A stretch of 62,226 nt of DNA, the filler included, from Hausera hauseri (lineage: Eukaryota): NCBI GenBank assembly GCA_046269625.1. It is 10 parts of 10 records of this genome, joined end to end, with 100 filler letters (N's around TTAATTAATTAA, not from the genome) between each part and the next. Parts side by side here need not be neighbours in the genome. Positions count along the whole stretch, not along the records: positions 25,868 to 30,042 come from JBJURY010720324.1; positions 30,143 to 39,188 come from JBJURY010478798.1; 8 more parts are not named here. One strand, 5' to 3'. How positions within the stretch are numbered: position 1 is the first letter of the stretch; each line of letters starts with the position of its first letter. The notes under the pieces were generated by a model. The model ran no database searches. It was given only the letters and a program-made list of their open reading frames with translations, and was not told where the DNA came from. This document shows positions 27,400 through 35,904 of this stretch, piece after piece. The translations under genes and the position numbers were made by a program.

Positions 27400-28760
27400 A
27401 AGGGCCACCCATATATATATATATATAACACAACCAATAGTGTGCAGTCTTCCCTTGAAATTATTTTCCAGCACTGTAAGAAGGCCACATTCCCAAACAG
27501 CATTTGTTGCTGTATTATCAAGTGGTACTGTTTTGAGTTTACACTTTGGAACTCCTCCAAGACGTTCTCCACCTCTGCTCCAAGAACAACTCCTTTTATT
27601 GGAGTGATCATATAAGTTAGATATGTTCCACTGTCTTTTCTTTAGTAAAAGTCAAAAGATGCTCAAGTCCCTTTCCTTTCTTCAGTTTAATCTGTCCATC
27701 TTCACTCGTAACCTCTAAGTATATTAATGTATCTCTATCAATCTTTGAATCAATCCAAATACACATTAACGGACACATACTTTTTCCTTTATTCCTATCA
27801 CTCTTCTCTTTCATTCTGTTCTTTCCTCGATTAATTTTGCATTTATCCAGGATTATTTGTCCTACATTCAGACATGGTTTGAAAAGATTCATAGCCTGTA
27901 AGTCGAAGAAAAATGTGTTTGCGAGGCTGGATCCAAAACGAAAAGACACGTCAACCCTAATCAGTTCCATTGCATATCTTGGAGTTTTCAAGAAACTGTA
28001 AGCACTACTGGGCATACTATCAGGATTGAATTCTCCATCCTCGCTGTCATCGTTGCACAAGGATAGACTTAAATCTGACGACATAGCATGAGACGTGGTC
28101 GTGGAGGGTAGGTACTTGGCTTGTTTCTTTATCTTCACTTTCTCGACTTCTGCTTTGGGTCTTCTCAATGTCTTTATCGCCTCGTGATCTATCGATTCCA
28201 ACTGGAACGTACCTTTTGGTCCATGTTTTTCTTTCTGATCTCTTAAGTACTCTCTCCTCAAGTGGAACCTTCTTATTTGGAGGACACAAGCAGACTACAT
28301 ATTGAGTTTGACAATTTTTATTTAAACATCTCACAGATTTGTAATTGCATAGTCGAATAAGCAGATGGCAGATGCACGCAGAAATGTCAAAAAGTTTATG
28401 AAGGTTTTCCCTTAAATTTTGTTGCTGGACTGCTGAAAACATCTTCTAATTTATCTTCTTCGCCTTCTGGAACCAAGCTTTATCTATTTTCTTTACTATG
28501 TAATATTCATTATAGAGTGGCAGCCGTGGGTTCACCGATCGCCAGACCTCAATAACATTCTTCGCAATTACTTTAGAAATGTCATAGTCTTTAAAATCTG
28601 GATTACCGTTTTTAAGAAAATAGCGGTATTGAATAACTTAATTCAACGTCGGAGGCTCCGTTGTCTCCAAATGGGATGGATGTCCACTGAACTTCTTGCT
28701 ACTCTCTGCTATAATCAATACTGTAGATTTACGCTTTTTACCCTTAATAAACTATTTCAT
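27400..28760 (-). mobile_element. hATm-type transposase N-terminal half, decayed, probably inside a GPX intron
   Basis: VIEVWRSVNPRLPL; LHKLFDISACIC..C..C..CLCPPNKKVPLEE.EYLRDQK; IDSKIDRDTL..EHLLTF. Confidence 0.7.
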
Positions 28761-29129
28761 CAATAATGTAACATCCTAAAATATAACAGAACAAAAATTA
28801 AAAATACCAAGGAACATGAATGATTTCTACTAACACTAAGAACATTTTACAGTGATAAAAATATACTTGTCATATGCAATACACGAAAGTTCTGTTGTCT
28901 AATTTTTTGTGGGTTTATTCTTGCACAAACGAGAATATGCGAAAAATTATACCCAAAACTGGCTGGTTTTCCTGAAAAAGCTTTTCCTATTTTTCAACAT
29001 GCTTAATGTTTTTTTTTGTTACTAAAAATAACATGAATATTAAATCAGTCGCAGAGAATTGATGTGTAACCACAAATCATGATAGTAATTATAGAGCTTC
29101 ATCACAATTGTTTTGTCTGCTATTTCCAG

Positions 29130-29278
29130 GAGCCAGGAAGTAATGAGGACATTAAGCAGTTTGTCCAAGAAAGATTTGGCGTTCAGTTTGACCTTTTCAG
29201 CAAGATTGAGGTGAATGGCAAAAATGCTGACCCTTTGTTCAAGTTTCTCAAGAAGGAGCAGAAAGGGACCCTTGGCGA
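29130..29278 (+). CDS. GPX4: Phospholipid-hydroperoxide glutathione peroxidase (GPX4-like) internal exon
   Basis: TTTCCAG|GAG CCA GGA...EPGSNEDIKQFVQERFGVQFDLFSKIEVNGKNADPLFKFLKKEQKGTLG(D)...GA|GTGAGT; splice positions match those recalled for animal GPX4. Confidence 0.9.
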
Positions 29279-30142
29279 GTGAGTAGTCATTATAAGTTGG
29301 CACTAAAACTTGAAATGCCTCACACTAAGTAAAATCCCATAATGCCAGAAGTATAAAAGGCCTAAAGTGCAGTGCAATAATGACTATATCATTTTGTTCT
29401 TTACTGTATCATTGGTCTTTTTCATATATGGCAAGCCCTGACAGAGAGGCTTCAGGTTTGGATTCCTGAAAACCCTGGCACAAGTGATGAGTGATCAAAA
29501 TAAATAAATATGTTAAGGTATATATTTAAAGCATGCCAAACAAGTCCTAAGGACGAATTAAAGAGGGGAAAGAAATCCCCAGTAAATCTTATTTTCCCCG
29601 CGTGTTACAGGCACGGCCACTTAATTTTATCGGTAACCGAGTTCGAATCTTCAAGTGCCTGTTACTTAGCTCTGTTCGAAAGCTACCGACTGGTATATTA
29701 ACCCTAAGAGCCTGTAGCTACTTACCCAGGCGGCTATGGTCTTATAACCAACAATTAACAATGAGTGGCAGATGAAATTCGACACCGACCGAAAAGGGTT
29801 AATGAAATTGCCCGTTTGGCTACCCACTTATGATAAGTTGGCCAAACTTGAGTAGTCGGTTAACTGTGTAAGACAAATTAGCTTCTTCCGTATTTGGTAA
29901 TACCGCCGATCTCGAGTCGTTTCAACTTTGCGATCATATTTGGTATTAATCATGGTTCAGTTTCATACATTTTGAGAAATGTTAATGATTAATTCAGTTA
30001 ATGTAAGCGTAACACAGACAGTTTGCGTTATGTTAAAATATANNNNNNNNNNNNNNNNNNNNNNNNNNNNNNNNNNNNNNNNNNNNTTAATTAATTAANN
30101 NNNNNNNNNNNNNNNNNNNNNNNNNNNNNNNNNNNNNNNNNN

Positions 30143-30342
30143 ATACACAGTGTCCATCACAGTCTATAATCAGTGAAGCACTTGTAATGAACGAAATATA
30201 CACTTGAATTAAGAAAACAATCACTGTTCAATACTGTCGCACATAACATATAGTGGAATGAACAAAATACACAGTGTCCATCACAGTCTATAATCAGTGA
30301 AGCACTTGTAATGAACGAAATATACACTTGAATTAAGAAAAC
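30143..30342. repeat. 124-bp tandem repeat (about 1.6 copies visible, cut by contig end)
   Basis: ATACACAGTGTCCATCACAGTCTATAATCAGTGAAGCAC...AAGAAAACA starts at 30143 and again at 30267. Confidence 0.9.
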
Positions 30343-30356
30343 AGTCCAATACAGTG

Positions 30357-30869
30357 TCAATTCCGTAACCATGTTTCAAAATCTTTGGTATTGGAAATGT
30401 TTGAGTCTTGTGTGTCGTCCCCGTCCTGTGTGTACTCTACGTCCAGAAACGGGGACATACACATACACCGATCACACATACACAGTTCACTATAATCGCA
30501 TCTTGTGGACATCTGGACAGACTCGGACGATGGGCTCCTGTTTGCTGACTGCATCTGCTCTCGTCCGGGGAATATCGGGGACTGTTGTCCGGGAAATATC
30601 GGGGACTGTCGTCTGGGGACCATCGGGGACAAATACAATGGGCTCATACATCGATCACAAATACACAGTTCACTATTGTCACACCGTCTGGACATCGGGA
30701 CAGTCTCGGACACTGGGCTGCTGTACCTGGGTGGTGACTGCGGTGTCTGGTGTCTCCGGATCGTCGGGGACATCGGAACAGTCTTGGACTCTGGGCTGCT
30801 GTCCCTGTGTGTTGACTGCGATGTATGGTGTCTCCGGATCATCGGGGACATCGGGATAGTCTCGGACAC
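30357..30869 (-). CDS. Ser/Pro/Arg-rich ORF with two C-x5-C-x-C-x2-C motifs; probable 3' part of the frame overprinted on rep
   Basis: SP(T/M)IRRH and QSPIFPG repeats; RCDNSELCICDRCM and RCDYSELCMCDRCM 183 nt apart, in frame. Confidence 0.5.
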   Translation of the reverse strand: MSETIPMSPMIRRHHTSQSTHRDSSPESKTVPMSPTIRRHQTPQSPPRYSSPVSETVPMSRRCDNSELCICDRCMSPLYLSPMVPRRQSPIFPGQQSPIFPGREQMQSANRSPSSESVQMSTRCDYSELCMCDRCMCMSPFLDVEYTQDGDDTQDSNISNTKDFETWLRN

Positions 30870-31020
30870 TGGGCTCCTGTCGCGTTGTCTGGTGTCTCCG
30901 GATCGTTGGGCTCCTGTCTCTGGGTGTTGACTGTCTCCGGATCGCCGGGGACATCGGGACAGTCTTGGACACTGGGCTGCTGTCCCTGGGTCACGTTGTC
31001 TGGTGTCTCCGGATCGTCGG
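30690..31020. repeat. GC-rich 72-78 bp tandem repeat at the 3' end of rep
   Basis: GGACATCGG.A.AGTCT.GGAC.CTGGGCT starts at 30690, 30768, 30846 and 30949. Confidence 0.9.
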
Positions 31021-32008
31021 AGATGACGATGGGCTCAACTGGGCTGTCTGGCTCGGCTTTGATGCAGTCATCTGCGGTGAGCTGTGTGATGTTCCAGCGG
31101 TCCAGTGAGAGCATCCTGATGTCTGGAGCAAAATTGCTGAAGCAGACAACGTGGGGAGGCGAGTAAATGGCTGAGACGGGCTGGTACTTGCTTGAGAAAA
31201 TACAGCCGTTTTTAATACACTCGATTGCCTCGTAGTTGATTTCTTGCTCTTGGGCTCTGGAGAAGTCAAAAACGACGATGCGCTGTCCTCGATAGAGGTA
31301 CTTGATGTCGGCAGATTTACCGTTTTCAAGCCTGAGCGCTCTTTTTTTGGATACCAGGTACTTTGCAAGGAATGTTTTGCCGGTGTTGCCCTGAGAGTCC
31401 CAGATCCAGTAGACTGTGCGATCATCTGGGGGGATTTCAAGGAGGATGAGTGTTCGTTTCTGCCACACTTTCCACTGGACATCATCGAAACCTTCAGCGA
31501 TATCACCAGCGTGCCTACTGATGCTAGACTCGAGTGCAATGCGCTCGAGAGCAGAATGATAGGTGAGGTATGTACCTCCAAGTGCTTGATCTGCCAGGAT
31601 GCTGGAACTGGGTACGCCACTGGCACGTCGACATACAATTGTAGTTCCTGTTGTAGAGACTGAAGGTTTCCCTCCACTCTCATTACATTCATTAACAATT
31701 TGTCCATGCACAAATGGTGCTGGGTCCTGCTTGCAGCAATACTCATAGTTTTGTTGATCAGTTCCCTTTGCGATTTCAACATGACTTCGCACTCCCGTGA
31801 TTTTTTTAACAGCACTGAAGTAAATCTGCCTTGTGGCATGGAGATAGCCCTGAAGGTGAGGCGTATTATTTGCACCAATCTCTCTTGCAATAACTGCAAA
31901 TAAGAAACTAACTTGTGATACACTTCGCTTGATGTGTTGATATTCTTCTTCAGTATAGTTGTTTAAAGTAAAACACCAACGTCTGGCTCGTCCTGAAGAT
32001 GTCGCCAT
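30839..32008 (-). CDS. rep: CRESS-DNA virus-type replication initiator protein (HUH endonuclease + SF3 helicase)
   Basis: RCR motif I CFTLNN, II PHLQG, III YCCK; Walker A GNTGKT; Walker B IVVFD; motif C VVCFSN; LSLDRW; ATG at 32008; acidic repeat-derived tail. Confidence 0.97.
   Translation of the reverse strand: MATSSGRARRWCFTLNNYTEEEYQHIKRSVSQVSFLFAVIAREIGANNTPHLQGYLHATRQIYFSAVKKITGVRSHVEIAKGTDQQNYEYCCKQDPAPFVHGQIVNECNESGGKPSVSTTGTTIVCRRASGVPSSSILADQALGGTYLTYHSALERIALESSISRHAGDIAEGFDDVQWKVWQKRTLILLEIPPDDRTVYWIWDSQGNTGKTFLAKYLVSKKRALRLENGKSADIKYLYRGQRIVVFDFSRAQEQEINYEAIECIKNGCIFSSKYQPVSAIYSPPHVVCFSNFAPDIRMLSLDRWNITQLTADDCIKAEPDSPVEPIVISDDPETPDNVTQGQQPSVQDCPDVPGDPETVNTQRQEPNDPETPDNATGAQCPRLSRCPR
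30991..31923 (-). CDS. Candidate overprinted ORF within rep (alternate frame), Ser/Thr-rich
   Basis: 310 stop-free codons in a frame overlapping rep, ending SPTIRRHQTT*; the same frame resumes after a single TGA. Confidence 0.4.
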   Translation of the reverse strand: MYHKLVSYLQLLQERLVQIIRLTFRAISMPQGRFTSVLLKKSRECEVMLKSQRELINKTMSIAASRTQHHLCMDKLLMNVMRVEGNLQSLQQELQLYVDVPVAYPVPASWQIKHLEVHTSPIILLSSALHSSLASVGTLVISLKVSMMSSGKCGRNEHSSSLKSPQMIAQSTGSGTLRATPAKHSLQSTWYPKKERSGLKTVNLPTSSTSIEDSASSFLTSPEPKSKKSTTRQSSVLKTAVFSQASTSPSQPFTRLPTLSASAILLQTSGCSHWTAGTSHSSPQMTASKPSQTAQLSPSSSPTIRRHQTT

Positions 32009-32046
32009 TAGTGACACACAGTTAATGAGAGTGATTTCCCGCGACC

Positions 32047-32148
32047 AGATCGGTTAGATCGGTTATAACCAGACTGATTGCTAGGCAACTAGATTGGTTA
32101 GAACGGCACGCGGTCTAGTATTACCCGCGTGCTGATCTGTTGATCTGT
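32047..32148. repeat. Iteron-like repeats flanking the origin
   Basis: AGATCGGTT x2 (32047-32064), AGATTGGTT (32091-32099), AGAACGG (32100-32106); inverted core TGATCTGT x2 (32133-32148). Confidence 0.65.
32104..32134 (+). promoter_or_regulatory. Rolling-circle origin stem-loop with nonanucleotide TAGTATTAC
   Basis: GCACGCGG (32106-32113) pairs perfectly with CCGCGTGC (32125-32132) around the loop TCTAGTATTAC; nonamer at 32116-32124; about 100 bp upstream of the rep ATG, on the strand opposite to rep. Confidence 0.95.
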
Positions 32149-32187
32149 AGATATCAGGGGCCTTTTTAGAGAAGAAGGGAAGGTCTC

Positions 32188-32278
32188 GGGTTAGGGTCGT
32201 GGGTGAGGGTTCTATCTAACCCCAACCCTAATCCAAACCCTGAGTAAACCCATGGGCTATCCAGGGTCCTAACCCTAA
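32188..32278. repeat. Head-to-head degenerate telomere-like (TTAGGG/CCCTAA) repeats; G-quadruplex motif
   Basis: GGGTTAGGGTCGTGGGTGAGGG, then TAACCCCAACCCTAATCCAAACCC...CCTAACCCTAA. Confidence 0.75.
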
Positions 32279-32284
32279 GTTCGC

Positions 32285-34515
32285 CGCTGCACCAATTGCC
32301 GAGCCCGAAGCATCCGTATAAAGTATTAATTCCTTGTCCATTTCAGGGTAAGCTAACAATGGTACAGTTGTAAGATTCTCTTTCAGGTATTCAAATGCTC
32401 TTTGACAATTTTCGTCCCATTTGAATCTCGCATATTTTCTCGTAAGAGCGATGATTGGTTCCGCAATCTTTGAAAAGTTTGGAATAAATCTCCAATAGTA
32501 TCCGCAGGTCCCAATAAATCCTCTCACTATTCTCACTGTCTTTGGTGCTGGCATCTGTCTAATAACCTTAATTTTTTGTCTTCCTCCGGTTTGATGCCAC
32601 TCTTGTTTATCACAAAACATAGATACTTTTTCTCTGTTTTGAGGAACTCATATTTGCTGAGCTTCAGCTTTACTGTGTGCTGTCTCAATCTGTCAAACAC
32701 TAACAGGTCTCAGATGATCTTCGATTGACCTGCTGTATGAATCAGAATGTCATCAATATAGGCTGTAGAAAATTTCTGCATGCCTTCTAATACAATGTCC
32801 ATTAGACTCATGTATGTTGCCGGTGATCCTTTCAGTCCGAATGGTATGACATTCCACGCGAAACTTCCGACATGTGTGCAAAATGCGATTTTATTCTTTG
32901 CACCTTCTGAATTTGGTATACACCAAAATCCACTTCTGGCATCCAGTGTTGTAAAATAATCTGACTAGTTCAAGGTGCCAAGGACATCATCTATGTAAAT
33001 CATAGGATGCGCCAGATTCCGAGTTATCGTATTGAGCGATCTGTAGTCTACACAAAAACGATGTGATCCGTCTTTCTTTGATACGATCACTATCGGGAAT
33101 GACCACTCTGATCTTGTCCTTTCAATAATTCCTGCTTGCAACATGTCTTCGATAGCCTTTTCTACTATCTCTCTGTTCTTTAATGGAGTACGGTATGGCT
33201 TTAAGCTTATGGGTGGATGATCCCCTGTATTAATCTCCATTGTTACTGTTTGCGTTCTGCCTAACTCCATGTCATTAATTGCAAATACATCTGCATGCTT
33301 CTTCACAAAGTTCTCTAACAGCTGTTTGTGTCCCCCTTCTGTTTTCAACTGCTTCATTAACTCCTGTACTCTATCTTGTTTATGTGATCCTACTTCGTTG
33401 GTCTCCATCTTTTCTAGCATCTACCCTTTCTCTGATTCCTATTATATGTTCTTCTCCTTGGTTGTTCTCTCTTCATTTGTTGTTCTATCCTGTTGTTGTT
33501 CCTTGGTTGGGAGTGTTCAAACCATCTTCTGTTTGAATTGTTCTTGTTTTGCTTCCTGTCTCCATTCCATTTTCTTCTTTGATTTCTCTCATTTTGTTTC
33601 TTCACTTCATTAATCATTCTATTATCTCCCATATTCCTTTGTTCGTAGTCACTATCCTGATAGTTCCGAGGTGTGTATCTTCCTTTTGGTTCTCCCTGTT
33701 TTCTGTTACCTTGTTCTCTTTCACCCCTCATCTCCTTTATGTCTTCCTGTTCGATTACCTTTGGTTCCACTGCTCTGCCTATTACACATCCTCGCTTCAG
33801 AGTTATAATCTTGTTGGTGCCGTTTGTAATCATCACTGGCACATCAAATCCCTTTCCTATAGTTGCTATTCCTTCTGTTACAATTAGTCCTGGTTCATCA
33901 ATGATGTCTCCTTTATCTGTCTCTGTTGTTGCTATTATTTGTCCCTTCTCAAAGTAGTGTGTTTTCTTCAGTCTCCCCACTATCAAATTCACTGTATTGG
34001 GCTTCAATGTTGCGCTGTGTCTCACTCTAAGCTATGTGTATGTCATCCTGTAGTTCAACGTATTCATCTCCTATTCTCAGTTTCTGCAAGTCAAAGCATA
34101 TTCTAACTCCATTTTTTCTAAGAAAGTCTCTGCCTAAAATCATGCTCCGATTCATGTCCCTCACAACATAAAATGGATGTACTACCTCTACTCTACCTAA
34201 TTTGAACCTCAGGTTGACTGACCCTATTACCTTCAGTGATTCTCCTGAAACTGACTGTAAATTTGCCTTCCTGTCAAATAGCCTGTCTCTGTTTTTCAAG
34301 GATCTGTAAACTGATTCTTTTAGCAAGCTCACTTCCGCACCTGTATCAACTAAACATCTTAAACGTCTTTGATTAACATTTACAATACAAGAGTTTGGGT
34401 CTTCTGCTAAATTAACACTAAATCTCTGAGTTTTGTCTATTCTTCTTTGTTGGGTTCTAAATTCCCAAGGCCCACTACAGTTCGAACCCTTTACTGTGCG
34501 GGGTTGTCGTTTCCC
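32285..34515 (-). mobile_element. pol: Ty3/Gypsy pol (PR-RT-start of RNase H), truncated at the Rep element
   Basis: CLVDTGAEVS protease; SEWSFPIVIVSKKDGSHRFCVDYRSLN; LDARSGFW; YIDDIL; GFIGTCGYY; LYTDASGSAIGA, after which homology stops. Confidence 0.95.
34452..34515 (-). promoter_or_regulatory. -1 frameshift slippery site plus H-type pseudoknot
   Basis: G GGA AAC (34515-34509), spacer, stem 1 CCCGCACAGT/ACTGTAGTGGG, stem 2 GGGTTC/GAACCC; the -1 frame is open into the protease. Confidence 0.75.
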
Positions 34516-35642
34516 GCCTGATTAACTGGAGTGTTCTGATCTTCTCTTCTCCTGTACGGTGTAGGTTGTCCATTTCTGTTTCTGCAATTCCTTGCAAAAT
34601 GTCCAGGTTTATTGCAATTAAAACATCTTCTCTCATCTTTTGTTCCTTGTCTCTGTGTTCTGCACTCTCTGGCTTTGTGTCCTTCCAGTCCACAGTTAAA
34701 ACATTTCATGGTTCCTTTTGCTACCACGTGTACATGTCTTCCTTGGTTTCCTCTATTCGCATTTCTGTATCCACCTCTTATGTCATTGTTTCCTCTCCAT
34801 CTTGGTCTGTGATGGTCTACTTCCATAGGTTCATCATATCTGTCTCTCCCTAGCCTCAGATTAAACCTTCGAATCAGGTTTTCTTCATCTATCGCAATCT
34901 GAATCGCTTGACTTAATTTTTCCGGATTTTCTCTCATCAGTTTCAGCCTCATACGTGTGCTGTATAATCCGTCAATAAAGATAGGCACTAATGTCTTCCC
35001 TAGTTCTTCTGGGGTGATCTCCTGTCCTAGAAAAACTTCCTCTGTTAGGTTCATCAGTTTGTCCGCAAAGACCTTCGTTCTTTCGTTCATCTCTTGTTTG
35101 ATCTTCCTGAACACTGTCATTGCGAATTGTGAGTCCGTAATCTCTCCATATCTATTTGCCAAATCCCTACACAGTTCTAACCAAGTTTCATCCTTGTGTA
35201 TGTCCAACCTCCTCCTTAAATAACTGGAAACACACCCGTTTGCTGACATGAACGCGATCTTTTTAATTTCATCATCACCTCCGGCCTTCATAAGATAAGC
35301 GTATTTTTCCACTTGAGTTATGTATGGTTTTTGTTTCCGTCAAATGGCTCTATGACGGATCTGATATTTTGTTGTCTACTGTTCTGATCCAGCTTCTCGA
35401 TAACGTTCCTTGATGGATCTCAATGCTGTTTTGACAGAGTCTTCTGATTGTTTCTGTTTTTGTTGTTGTGTCATGTGATGTGTGGGTTGCATTGCTGGTT
35501 GTTGTGCTTGTTGAATAGTCTGTTGTTGTAACTGTTGGTACTGTTGTCTGACATATTATTCTTGTTGTTGTTGTGGAAGCTGTCTGAAGTCATCTGGCAG
35601 TGGTAAATTAGCTGCCAGTTCCTCCAAGGAGAGATTTTCCAT
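34491..35642 (-). pseudogene. gag: Ty3/Gypsy gag with two CCHC zinc knuckles
   Basis: EPMEVD, CFNCGLEGHKAREC, CFNCNKPGHFARNC; the Gln-rich N-terminus has stops and frameshifts. Confidence 0.9.
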
Positions 35643-35882
35643 GGTCTTTTTCTAATCTAGGAATCTCCCTGTAATCACTATACTTAATCTACAAAATCTC
35701 AACTAAATGATAATTATTACCTAGTGTCCCTTATTATCAATGAACTGTGTAATTGTAGCCTCAGTGTTTGCTTGCTCAATCACCTCTGTATTCACATACA
35801 ATATCTTCTCCCAATTTTTCTTAATTTCCATCTTTCCCAGATGATCCTACTAGAGGATTAATCCTGTCTAGAAGGAACAATT

Positions 35883-35900
35883 ATCTGGTCACGGAAACCA
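35883..35900 (-). promoter_or_regulatory. Primer binding site, tRNA-His-like
   Basis: TGGTTTCCGTGACCAGAT on the minus strand just after ...AACA GAAG; resembles the His-type TGGTGCCGTGACCAGGAT. Confidence 0.6.
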
Positions 35901-35904
35901 CTTC

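Noticed and set aside
29698-29802. piggyBac-like MITE (TTAA-CCCT...AGGG-TTAA)
   Set aside because: The inverted match is only about 4 bp beyond TTAA and could be chance.
30690-31020. CRISPR-like array
   Set aside because: The sequences between repeat cores are themselves homologous (tandem repeats, not unique spacers), there are no cas genes, and the context is eukaryotic.
30371-31166. Plus-strand ORFs as a possible capsid gene
   Set aside because: They are antisense readings of the GC-rich tandem repeats, with no Arg-rich N-terminus or jelly-roll-like features.
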